Positions 1-10,532 of a stretch of 20,000 nt of DNA are shown one piece after another. The stretch spans positions 161,247 through 181,246 of the forward strand of contig BLSG01000105.1 of the NCBI GenBank assembly GCA_012862495.1. The letters are read 5' to 3'. This stretch comes from Thraustochytrium aureum. Taxonomy: Eukaryota. Position numbers and translations under genes: made by a program. The notes below the pieces were generated by a model. That model made no database searches. It was not told the origin of the DNA and saw nothing but the letters and a program-made list of their open reading frames with translations. Positions within the stretch are counted from its first letter, which is position 1. Each line of letters begins with the position of its first letter.

Positions 1-14
1 GAGACGTCAATGCC

Positions 15-692
15 ATGCACGTCGCATACAAGCGCGTCATCAGCAAGGGGATCCAGTACGCTTCCGACCGGATCACCACCGGTATGGTGGAGGCTGTCGC
101 GACCGACGAGGAGCTTTTGACGCTGGCGCAAGGTTGGATCAAGCCGGCGCCGACCTCGAGCAAGGCCAAAAAGCGATTGCTCGCGCCGGGGTCGGGGGCC
201 AGGTTTGGCAGTCTCGCAGAGGTGCTGAAAACGTACGTGCCGCCTCTCGAGCCGTACGTGCACTCGATGCCGCCAGAGGACTATTTCTGGCTGTTTCGCG
301 ACCTGCTCTCTGGGGTGACGCGGAACGAGTGGGTCAAGGCCATCCGGGACCGCAACACGGCCTACCCCTTGACGCTTCGGATCACCGACTACAAGTCTCT
401 GCGCAAGGCGGTGGGCCTTGGTGCTTGCCGCATCAAGCTCTCGACGCACAACTATGTCCTCACCGCGCTGCCCTTCGTCATCACCTACTCGTGGGAGACC
501 CGCGAGGCGCGCTTTCGATTTGAGGCCAAGCGCGTGGGCTACAACGGGCTCCCCAAAGACCTGCTGAAGCTCTTGCCCGCCAACACGACCATCCCGACGG
601 CCAAGGCCAAGCCGGAGGACGCCCCTGGGGCCGCGCCTCAGGCCTCGGCCAAGTCGGCTGCTTCGCGCCGCAAGAAGCAGCGCACAAAGTAG
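15..692 (+). CDS. Hypothetical protein, probably the 3' part of a gene starting upstream of the window; basic C-terminal tail
   Basis: 225-aa ORF with strong GC3 codon bias and globular-looking composition. The frame is open to the window edge (gac gtc aat gcc atg). Ends SRRKKQRTK-TAG, followed by an AC-rich non-coding tract. No family recognised. Confidence 0.7.
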   Translation: MHVAYKRVISKGIQYASDRITTGMVEAVATDEELLTLAQGWIKPAPTSSKAKKRLLAPGSGARFGSLAEVLKTYVPPLEPYVHSMPPEDYFWLFRDLLSGVTRNEWVKAIRDRNTAYPLTLRITDYKSLRKAVGLGACRIKLSTHNYVLTALPFVITYSWETREARFRFEAKRVGYNGLPKDLLKLLPANTTIPTAKAKPEDAPGAAPQASAKSAASRRKKQRTK

Positions 693-700
693 CGCGCTGC

Positions 701-736
701 GAACCAACTAACCCCAACCAACGAACCAACCAACGA
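701..736. repeat. Imperfect (AACC/AACG)n microsatellite just 3' of the first ORF
   Basis: gaaccaactaaccccaaccaacgaaccaaccaacga. Confidence 0.6.
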
Positions 737-1947
737 GTGTGCCTTCCGTGCCGCGCCGGGTCTGTGCGAACGCTGCATGCATACGCGAGTGTTGTCGTCG
801 AGCGCGCTTTCGATTGGGCCTCGACTGCCTCGTTCTTTCGATGCAAGTCCTTGGATCCCGCTGTTTCGACGCGGCGCCGCTGCTGGCAGAGCGTGCTTGC
901 TGCCTTGGCCACCACTCGCCTGTCGCGTCATGTGGAGCTCGCAACGCAGCATCCTCGGCGTCCGCAAAGGGCCTTGTCCAAAATCGTCCTTGTACAACTC
1001 TGACAGACCGAGCAGAGCACCCATGCATCCGGTGGCGCTCGCTGTGTAGGTAGGTACTCCAGAAGAGTCGGGTACTTCGACTTGGACGGCCAACGCCAGC
1101 GCCCATCATGTCACCAGCAAGGACGATTGTCATCAGGAGCAAAAACGTGGTAGTACCGACATAGGTAGGTACTCACTCCGGCCCACGCCACATCGGCCAG
1201 GCCAGAGAGATGACAGGCCCGAGAAGCCCGAGACACGCTCGCTGGAACTCCACCACGCACGCCGGCCCTCCACGGCAAATCCCAGTCCCCGGCAACCTGC
1301 GCCGCCGCGGACCGCTTCGCGTCGGACTCGGCCGAGAGGCAGCTCCATCGAAAGTGCCACAGAGTAGGTATCGAAACAACAAAAACCGCGGTCGCGCTGC
1401 CAGCCTGAGAGAGCACTTGCCCGCATACACCTGGCCCAGCCTCGCATTCCTCCCCTCTCGCAGCCCCCGGTTCCTTTGTTCGCTGCAGAGGGCGGCGCCT
1501 GTTCGCTGGTTTTGTTTGCTTGCATTCCATTGCGGTTTGCTTACTTACGAGGAAAGGGGAAGGAGCCGAGCCTCTGGAGAGGAGGACGAGGAGGACGAGG
1601 AGGAGGGCAGACCGCCATCGCGGAGTGGAGCAGGCTCGCGAGCGCGCGGGGCGCCGCGGGTGCAAGCGGAGGTGAGCGGAGGAGGTGAGCGGAGCTGCTG
1701 CTGCGGTGGGCGGCCTGCTCCCGAGGCGCGCAGGTCTGCCGCGCAGGCCGGCTTGCCGTGGTCCTCGCGGCTCGCGCCCGCCTGGTTTGGGCGGCTCCAG
1801 GTCGAGCGCGCACGGAAGTGGAAACGAGCCTGCACAAGGACGGCGCGCCGACGCTGGTGAAGGAGCGAAGGCCAGCGGGTCTGGCCAGGGGATACGGTAC
1901 GGCTGCGGCTCTGGCCGTGGCCGGGCCACGGAAAACCGGGCCGAAGG

Positions 1948-4900
1948 ATGCTGCCCGTGTTCGTCGCGGCGGGAGACGGGAATAGGCGACCGGCGACGGC
2001 GCGCGGCGGGCCTGCGGAGGAGCACGACGCCGATGAGCGCGCTAGTGAGAGCGGCGGAAGCGTGGTCGTGGCCGCGCTGGAGCAGGGGCCAGATGGGGCC
2101 TCGCACCTGGCGTCGGTGTATGCAACGACGGAAGGCGGCACCATGGCCGAAGACCAAGCGCTGGTGAACTCGTACTACCACGGGCACTTTGGGTTCGGGC
2201 AGTACTACATGTTCTTCCCAGTGACAGCGCTGGGCTGCTTTGGGCGGCGAGGGCGCGTTCGCGGGCTGTGCATCTCCCTTGTGCGGAAAACGTGGTTTGA
2301 CCTGTTGGTCCTCATGCTGATTCTGGTAAACTCGGCCATGATGGCCGCGTATGACCCTGTCGACGAGCGCCTGGGCATCACGTCGGGCGTGAACTTGGCC
2401 ATCTTCAAGTCTGAGTGGGGCTTTCAGATCGCCTTCACGCTCGAGGCGCTCATCAAGGTGATGGCGCTCGGGCTCCTCTCGCGCCCCTCGGGCTATTTGC
2501 GCGACGGCTGGAACCTCCTCGACCTCGTCATCGTGATTGCCGGCTGGGTGCCGCTCATCACAGTCGTGGCGCAGGACGGCGACCACCCAGAAGGCGCAGC
2601 TGGCTCGACGATCGCCATCATGCGCTTTGCGCGCATCCTCCGCCCGCTGCGAGCCCTGCACATCTTCCCTTCGCTCAAGAACCTGGTCCGGGCAATTCTA
2701 AGCGCGGCCTCGCAGGTAGCTGAGGTCCTGCTGCTGTGCCTGTCGATTCTCATCGTGTTCGCCCTGGTCGGGCTCACCCTTTTCAAGGGCAAGCTCCGCC
2801 AGCACTGCGGCGTCTTCAACGCGACTGCGAGCGAATGGCTCATCCCCGAGGACGAGCTTGAGGTGTTTTGCAGCATGAGCCCCGGCGCCTATGGCCGGGC
2901 CTGCCCGCCAGGGCTGACGTGCATCGCGGCGGGCTTCAACCCTTCGAACGGGCTGCTCGGGTTTGACAACTTTGCACTTTCGCTGCTCACGGTGTTCCAG
3001 ATCATCACTTTGGAAGGGTGGTCTGGCGTCATGTATGCGGTTTTCGACACGTCGCACTCGGTGTACGGCGTCTACTTTGTCCTGCTGATCCTCTTCGGGG
3101 CCTATTTTATGACCAACCTGCTCGTCTCGGCGCTCAGCGTCAACTACATGCTCGTTCGCCAGCGCGTCGAGGAGGAGCGCGCGCTCGAGGGCGAGTCCGC
3201 CTCGTACATAGACGTGCTCGTAAAGCACCAAGAGGCCAAGAGCGACACCCTGGGCGGGTTCCTCGCGCTCCCCGCAGACCAGCAGGTACGCCTTATGGAG
3301 ATGCGCCTCATGTACGAGTACGAAAAGCACGAGGCCGACGCCTCCTACGCCGTCGTCTCGCGTGCAATGTACGAAGCGTACAGCGCTCGCAACCAAGAGG
3401 CGTACCAAAAGTGGCGAAGGCGGTTTGTGCGCCGCGACGCGCGTCGCAGCCGCCGCAAGGCCAACGCAGAGCTCGTCAAGAAGAAGCTTCTTCAGGTCGC
3501 CAACGCGGCGGCCGCAGCAGCTGACCAGCAGCCCGCATCGCCGGGGTCCCCGCCGGGCGACTGGCGGCCGCGCTCAGAGTCTGGCGGGTTTCAGGACCCT
3601 GCCGTCTCGCTGCACGAGCTGTACAGCCAAATGCCTGTCCGGCGGCGCCGCCGCAGCTCGCTCGACTCGAACGCATCGACGACAAGCTCGGTGTACCACG
3701 AGGTCGCGTTGGAGGAGGAGAGCTTTGGCGAGGTAGACGACGCCGCCGAGCCTGCAGCAAAGCTAGAAACGCCCCAGCCGATCGGCCAGGCCTTGCCCGC
3801 CGCCGCTCCTACCGAGGCAGCTCTTGCCGAGGCCGCCCTTTCCGAGGCAGGCAGCCTCNNNNNNNNNNNNNNNNNNNNNNNNNNNNNNNNNNNNNNNNNN
3901 NNNNNNNNNNNNNNNNNNNNNNNNNNNNNNNNNNNNNNNNNNNNNNNNNNNNNNNNNNNNNNNNNNNNNNNNNNNNNNNNNNNNNNNNNNNNNNNNNNNN
4001 NNNNNNNNNNNNNNNNNNNNNNNNNNNNNNNNNNNNNNNNNNNNNNNNNNNNNNNNNNNNNNNNNNNNNNNNNNNNNNNNNNNNNNNNNNNNNNNNNNNN
4101 NNNNNNNNNNNNNNNNNNNNNNNNNNNNNNNNNNNNNNNNNNNNNNNNNNNNNNNNNNNNNNNNNNNNNNNNNNNNNNNNNNNNNNNNNNNNNNNNNNNN
4201 NNNNNNNNNNNNNNNNNNNNNNNNNNNNNNNNNNNNNNNNNNNNNNNNNNNNNNNNNNNNNNNNNNNNNNNNNNNNNNNNNNNNNNNNNNNNNNNNNNNN
4301 NNNNNNNNNNNNNNNNNNNNNNNNNNNNNNNNNNNNNNNNNNNNNNNNNNNNNNNNNNNNNNNNNNNNNNNNNNNNNNNNNNNNNNNNNNNNNNNNNNNN
4401 NNNNNNNNNNNNNNNNNNNNNNNNNNNNNNNNNNNNNNNNNNTCCAGCACCCATAGATGCAGGGAAAATACAGAGCTTGCGCAAGAGCGCCCAAGCAGTC
4501 GCCACGGACGGTTCGAGCGACACCAGCTCGGCGGACGGGGACAGCCCCACTTGCCCCGCCAATGGCGCAACTCACGCTCCACGGAGTTGCGCGGCCGCAG
4601 AGAATGCAGCGACGCCCGGGATCCGGGCTGCCGTCGAACCGGCTAGCGGCGTCGAGTCGGCGCTTTTCAGCGACCTCGAGGGCCCGCAGCCCCCCGCCAC
4701 GGCCTCGACAACAGCATCCACCGAGCAGCGGTCAGAGTCGTCGCTCCCTTGGCGGCCCCTGTGCCTTTTTCCGAACTCGAACGAGGGACGGCCGCCCAGC
4801 TCCCGCGCGGCGGTTCGCGCCGCGACATCTCGCTTCAAAACCTTTTGGAGCGCAAGACGCGCAAGAGGTACAACCTGACCGCTGACGAAGTGGCGGCGCT

Positions 4901-7661
4901 CGAGCCGTTCAGGCACTCGTCGCTCGTCGTCTTCCCCGCGGGTTACTGGGCGCGGATCCGGGTCGGGGTGCTCATTTTCTGGACCTGGTTTGACACGTTC
5001 ATCATCGCCGTCATCTTCTGGAGTTGCATCTTGCTCGCGCTGGAGAGCCCTGTGCGCCAAATCGTCGATCCTGTCGTCATGCACAACATGAACATCGCGA
5101 TCTCGGTCATCTTTGCCCTCGAGCTCTTGTTGAAGGTTTTCGCTCTGGGCCTCATCCGCCATCCGGGCGCCTACTTGCGGAGCAACTGGAACATCCTGGA
5201 CGCTGCCATTGTGGTGATTGGGATCATCGACGTCTCGCTTGTCGGGAGCTCGGCGCACGGCGTGGCGGTGATGCGGTCCCTGCGCGCTCTCCGCCCGCTC
5301 CGCGCGGTCCAAAAGTTCGAGGGCCTGCGCATCATCGTCGCCTCGTTCGCCAAGGCGCTCTGGCCGTGTCTTCAAGTGATCACCCTGTCCCTGGTCTTTT
5401 ACGCGACGTTTTCGATCATTTTTCTCACCTCGTTCCTTGGCGAGATGCACGCCTGCTTTGAGTGCGAGAGCATGGTGCCGGCCGGGATCGACGCACAGTG
5501 CGTGCGCCACTACAGGAACCCGTCAGCCCCGAACTGCATGGCGTTTCCGAGCTACGGGGTCGAGTGCCCCGCCGCGTTCACGTGCGCAGGTCGGGCGAGT
5601 AACACCACCGAGTGGCGCTGGCTCAACCCCAGCTACGGCAGCCTGACGTCGCGGAGCGCCGAGTCGGTGTCGTACAGCTTTGACTCGTTCAGCCAGTCCT
5701 GGCTGACCCTCTTTGAGATCTCAACGGTGGAGATGTGGATGGAGCCAATGTACATGATCTCGGACGCAGTGGGAATTGGGCGCGAGCCAGTGCGCGGCAG
5801 CAACGACGCCTCGTCGCTCGTGTTTGTGCTCTTCGTGTTTGTCTTGCAGTACTTTGTGCTGCAGATCTTCGTTGCTGTGCTGATAAACACGTACCTCGAC
5901 TCGTCCAGCGAGGAGTCGGGCGACGCCTTTATGACCGCGCAGCAGCGACAGTGGGTCGAGTTCAACCGGCGAGCACTGATGCGCCGCTACAAGAGCCATC
6001 CGCAGCTCCTGGTGCCGCGCAGCGGCCTGCAGCGGCGCGCGTTCCACCTCTGCACCAACTCGTGGTTCAAGTGGTCCATCTACGGCGTGATTTGCGCCAA
6101 CACGCTCTGGCTCATGACCGAGCACTACGGGGCCTCGGAGGGCTTCGAGATGGCCTTCAAGGTCATGGAGACGTTGTTTGGGGTCATCTACCTTGTGGAG
6201 GCGATCATCAAAATTTTGGGCTACGGGATGCGCGGCTACCTGAAGAGCAAGACCAACGTGTTTGATTTCGCCATCGTGGTTGCGGTGGTCGTCAACTGGG
6301 TCTTCTGGGCGATGCCTAGCACCGAGGAGAACGACGCGTTGCGGGCCATCGAGGCGCTCCGCGTGCTCCGCGTGTTTCGCCTTTTCAAGCTCGTGCCGCC
6401 GCTCAAGACGCTGCTATCGACGCTCATATTGACCCTGTTCCCCCTGCTCAACATCCTGGGGCTCATCATGGTGGTGTTTTTCATCTACGCAGTCCTCGGG
6501 GTGAGCGCGTTCGGGGGCCTGCCGAATTACGAGCTGGACGACCTCGAGTTCCTCGGCGACCACGTCAACTTTGACACGTTTGGGAACGCGTTTTACACCT
6601 TGTTCGCCATGAGCACCGGCGAGTCGTGGAACGGGATCAGCCGCGAGCTCTCGCGCTACTCGCCCTTCGCGATCGCGTACTGCCTCAGCTTTATCATCCT
6701 CGTGACGCTCATCATGCTCAACTTGTTTGTGGCCGTAATCCTCACCAACTACACGGTCCAGTTCGAGCGGAACCAGCGCCCCGGCGGCGTGAAAAAGCAC
6801 CTCGACGAAAACTCTTTCCGGGACTACAACAAGGTCTGGAACGAGCTGTACCTCGAGTACGTGCAGGACATGCAGGCGCTGGTCGCCAGCCGGCGCAAAG
6901 AGCACATCGCGACCCCCTCGCCAGCCACGGCCCCAGCGCTGCGCAAGGCGCAAATCGCGCTCCAGGAGGCCCTCGACGACCCACAGCGCCTTCCCGCCGA
7001 CCAGTTCCCGCGCCTCGTTCTCAAGCTCAAGGCGCCCCTTGGCTTTCGCAAGCGCTCGCTCAAGTCGGGGGTGCGGTTCACGCACGCGCACGTGATGAAG
7101 TTTGTCAAAGACCACACCATCCCGATCCACGATGGCAGGATCGCGTTTTACTCCACCCTGCGTGCCCTGATCGACATCAACCTGCTTCAGGGCGAGGTCC
7201 CTAACGAGGTCGAGAGCTTTCTCAACATTAAGCTAGCCTCCAACTTGCGCGAAAAGCTTGGCAGTGGGCTCGCAGAGTGTGAGGATGAGACTGTGGCGCA
7301 GGTCATTGCTCGGGACCAGATTGTGGAGCTTATCCGCGGGTACATTCTGCGGTGGCGCTTGCGGCGTCTCAAGCGGCACGGCGCGAGCGACAACACCATT
7401 CGCCGCTTTGTCGAAGAACATACCGCCCGCTCCAGGCAAGCTGAGCTTGACCGAAAGCGCGGCGGACAATTTTCTCACCTGGTGGAAGCCGTTTCGGGCG
7501 ACGCGCAGAACCAGCTCGGTGAGGCCACGAGCATCGGGCGGAAGCTTGTCGGGCATCGCCCTGGGCAAGTGGGCCGCAATGGCAGCGACGGGAACCCCCG
7601 GACAAGCGGGGAGAGCGCGAACCAGCAGCCGCCCATTTTGCTTGACCTCGCCCTGGTGTGA
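1948..7661 (+). CDS. Voltage-gated Ca2+/Na+ channel alpha subunit (Cav/Nav superfamily); repeats I, III, IV visible; interrupted by an N-gap and an apparent frameshift near 4746-4770
   Basis: Repeat I: YLRDGWNLLDLVIV, S4 MRFARILRPLRAL, pore FQIITLEGWSGVMY, S6 FGAYFMTNLLVSAL. Repeat III: YLRSNWNILDAAIV, S4 MRSLRALRPLRAV, pore FEISTVEMWMEPMY. III-IV linker AFMTAQQRQW. Repeat IV: S4 LRVLRVFRLFK, pore STGESWNGI, S6 LIMLNLFVAVIL. C-terminal EF-hand-like region (LKAPLGF...IAFYSTLRAL) and IQ-like segment (IVELIRGYILRWRLRR). Joins ORFs 1948..4878 and 4749..7661. Start codon uncertain. Confidence 0.93.
3859..4442. other. Assembly gap (584 N) inside the channel gene
   Basis: Run of N. Confidence 0.99.
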
Positions 7662-7768
7662 TCCAGTGCGCGCATCGGCCCAGCGCCTGAAGGCGAACCA
7701 GCAGCCGCCCATTTTGCTCGCCCCTGGCCTCGCCCTGGTGTGATCCAGTGCGCGCATCGGCCCAGCGC
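7617..7768 (+). repeat. Tandem duplication (about 70-76 bp units) spanning the channel stop codon
   Basis: gcgaaccagcagccgcccattttgct...cctcgccctggtgtgatccagtgcgcgcatcggcccagcgc at 7617-7686 and again at 7693-7768, with a small internal indel difference. Confidence 0.95.
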
Positions 7769-8007
7769 TCACGGTTTGAGTAGTAGGATCAAGTGAAAAG
7801 CAATTGTGACAATGTGTTTTTGTCTGTGCCAGCGGCGCCGCGCTTGCGGCTCTCGCTTTGTGGACGCGGCCGCTGCACGCAGAACGGAAGGAGACGACGG
7901 CCCGCGTCGGGTCAAACAGTGACGATTTCTTACTACTCGAGCACAGAAGACTGAAGTTCAAGCATCCGGAAGCGGCCGTCGCGAGCGACCGCGAGCGCTC
8001 AACGACA

Positions 8008-10112
8008 TCAAATCGCCTCAGCACGGCGCTCCTCTTGCAGATCCCGGAACTCGCCAACAGGTTTAGGAAACACGCGTTTGTAGAGGCTCATGCAGATCGT
8101 ATCGTTGCTCTTGATGGGGCGGCTGAACGAGCACTTGAATAGGCCGTGCGTGCCAAGGGGCTCGAGGATGCGGCCCGACATGCCATGCTTTGTCCAGAGA
8201 TCAATCGGTTTGAACCAACGGATGTCCTCTGGGTTGTAAAACATGTATCGCACGACAGCCCAAGACTTCTTGACGCGGATTGGGAACCCAGAGATGACCA
8301 CCTTCTTCAGCACGACCCGGTCAGGGTCGATGCTGAGGAGCGACCCGCTGGCGACGAGCTCGCCATCAGTCGGGTCCAACAGCAGGGTCGGGACGTTTGT
8401 CCCAAAGGTCACCGGGGCGTACATTGTGGCGACGCACCAGCGACTCGCGTGCAGGAAGCGCTCAAACTTGTGCTTGTCGCAGTTGATTGCGTTGTCCGAA
8501 TATGTGGGCCGCACGGTGCGGCGCCAAATGCCGCAGCTGAGTACGACCGGGTCGCGCGCTTTGACGGGCTTCTCGTATGTCTGCGCCTTGGTCACCGTGC
8601 AGTTGATCACGGAGAGCTTGTTCTCGTGATCCAGCAGGGCCCCGAGGACGAGCGGCAGTTTGGCCTCCTTCACGGCCTGCAAGAGTTTGGCGTCAGCCNN
8701 NNNNNNNNNNNNNNNNNNNNNNNNNNNNNNNNNNNNNNNNNNNNNNNNNNNNNNNNNNNNNNNNNNNNNNNNNNNNNNNNNNNNNNNNNNNNNNNNNNNN
8801 NNNNNNNNNNNNNNNNNNNNNNNNNNNNNNNNNNNNNNNNNNNNNNNNNNNNNNNNNNNNNNNNNNNNNNNNNNNNNNNNNNNNNNNNNNNNNNNNNNNN
8901 NNNNNNNNNNNNNNNNNNNNNNNNNNNNNNNNNNNNNNNNNNNNNNNNNNNNNNNNNNNNNNNNNNNNNNNNNNNNNNNNNNNNNNNNNNNNNNNNNNNN
9001 NNNNNNNNNNNNNNNNNNNNNNNNNNNNNNNNNNNNNNNNNNNNNNNNNNNNNNNNNNNNNNNNNNNNNNNNNNNNNNNNNNNNNNGTCCGGGACGTGGA
9101 TGAGCTGGTGCACGTTGAGAGGGAGGCCGCGCAGGTAGCCGGACACCGCAAGCTCGCCGTTCTGGCGCGGCTCGGCCGAGCAAGCCAGCATGTATGAACG
9201 CTCGGAACGCCACGAGATGTGCTTGAGCCTGGTCTCCATAATCGCGCGGAGGAACTGGGAGTGCGCAAGCGACTTGGCCCCGGGCTCGCTCTGCGTGCCC
9301 GCTGCGCTGTCTGCGTCGACGTCCATAGCGCCCTTGGAGGGACCCGAGGGGTCTTCGTCAACGACCACCTTGGTGCCTTCGCCAAACTCCTCCCCGAAAA
9401 AGTTGACAGCCTGCTTTTTCAGCGAGTTGTGCAGTTTGCGCGGGGCCTGCTCGAGGTTCTGCACGATGCCCACCACGGCCGGGAGGCCTTGCGCCTTCGC
9501 GATTGTGATAAACTTGCGCCCGAGCTCGTCGACCGCGCCCTCGAGGTAGTTCTCCAGGGCGCCAGACCGCTTGCCGCGGCCGCTGATGCTTCCTGGCGTC
9601 TCGGGCAGCCCGAGCGGCAGCACGAAGCACAGCAGATCGGCCACCTTGGCGACATCCAACACGCTGAGCGGGCTGCGATCCGCGATCAGGAAGGTTGCGC
9701 GAAACTTTTCCTTTGCAAACACCTCCGTGATAGACTCGACGCCGGGCTGCAGCGCGGCCACTTGGTCGCCCAGGAGGGCTGGGGCGCGGGCGTGCTCGCA
9801 CAAGTAGACGATGCCGACAGTGCGTGGTGCGCCGCCGATGCTGCCGCCGATGCTACTCCCACCAATGCGGCGCGACTGGAGCAGCGCCTGTCGCTTGTTC
9901 TTGCGGAGCGCGGCAGCGCGAAGAGTCCTCGCGGTGCGATTCAACGCGGCCGCCGACGACCCGCCGGCGTTCGACCGGACGGACCCGCTCACGCTCGCAG
10001 CATGTCCCACACGGCCTCCGAGCGCCTTGGACACATCGCGCTTCGACCTGAAGTTTTGCTTGTGCCCCTTATTGCTCTGCTTGAGCCACCCGCTCTCATG
10101 TCGGGTCGGCAT
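8008..10112 (-). CDS. TSR1: Pre-rRNA-processing / 40S biogenesis factor TSR1 (Bms1/Tsr1 family), middle part lost in N-gap
   Basis: N-terminal LKQSNKGHK; LDVAKVADLL; AQGLP; WRSERSYML; VSGYLRGLPLNVHQLIHVP (AARP2CN region). After the gap: LLDHENKLSVIN, KHKFERFLH, DPDRVVLKKVVISGFP, VVRYMFYNPEDIRWFKPIDLWTKHGMSGRILEPLGTHGLFKCSF, DTICMSLYKRVFPK. Joins ORFs 8670..10112 and 8008..9213. Confidence 0.96.
8699..9086. other. Assembly gap (388 N) inside TSR1
   Basis: Run of N; reading frame is not preserved across it, so the length is only an estimate. Confidence 0.99.
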
Positions 10113-10251
10113 CCTGCGGCAGCGACCGGCGTGGGTCGCGGGGACCTACTCCGCCGCCGTTCCTTGTCGTGCCACGTGCGCGCGCGACGCTTGCACGGAG
10201 GCTATGCGCGCACAGCTCAGCTCGGCAAGTCGCCCGGTCGTCAGTCAGTCA

Positions 10252-10329
10252 GGCAGGCCAACAGGCGGGGGGCGACAGGTCGGCAGGCCACAAGGCAGGC
10301 CACAAGGCGGGGGGCGTCAGGTCGGCAGG
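10252..10329. repeat. Imperfect tandem repeat (30-bp unit x2 plus a partial unit)
   Basis: ggcaggccaacaggcggggggcgacaggtc / ggcaggccacaa / ggcaggccacaaggcggggggcgtcaggtc / ggcagg. Confidence 0.85.
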
Positions 10330-10412
10330 AGAGCCCGGCACGCAGGCGGGCGGGAAGAGCGGCCGGCAGCTGGATGGAAGCAGCGCTGCAGTCGAGCGGC
10401 GACCCACACGGA

Positions 10413-10532
10413 GCACGCTGCGAGGCAAGAGTCCTTCCTGCGCGTGCTGCTCTGCTCTGCTCTGCTCTGCACGCTGCGAGGCAAGAGTCCTTCCTGCGCG
10501 TGCTGCTCTGCTCTGCTCTGCTCTGCTCTGCA
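10413..10532. repeat. 56-bp tandem duplication ending in a (CTCTG)n microsatellite
   Basis: gcacgctgcgaggcaagagtccttcctgcgcgtgctg(ctctg)n starting at 10413 and 10469; the second copy has one more pentamer. Confidence 0.95.

Noticed and set aside
1111..7130. Long antisense and alternative-frame ORFs over the channel gene (e.g. 1111..2661, 2698..3408, 4572..5510, 6414..7130)
   Set aside because: Shadow ORFs expected from high GC3 codon bias; no motifs; they overlap a clearly identified gene.
9600..9850. Missing P-loop in the GTPase-like domain of TSR1
   Set aside because: Tsr1 is a known inactive GTPase mimic; expected.
10413..10532. Direct repeats as a possible CRISPR array or transposon end
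   Set aside because: Only two adjacent copies, no unique spacers, no cas or transposase gene; eukaryotic context.
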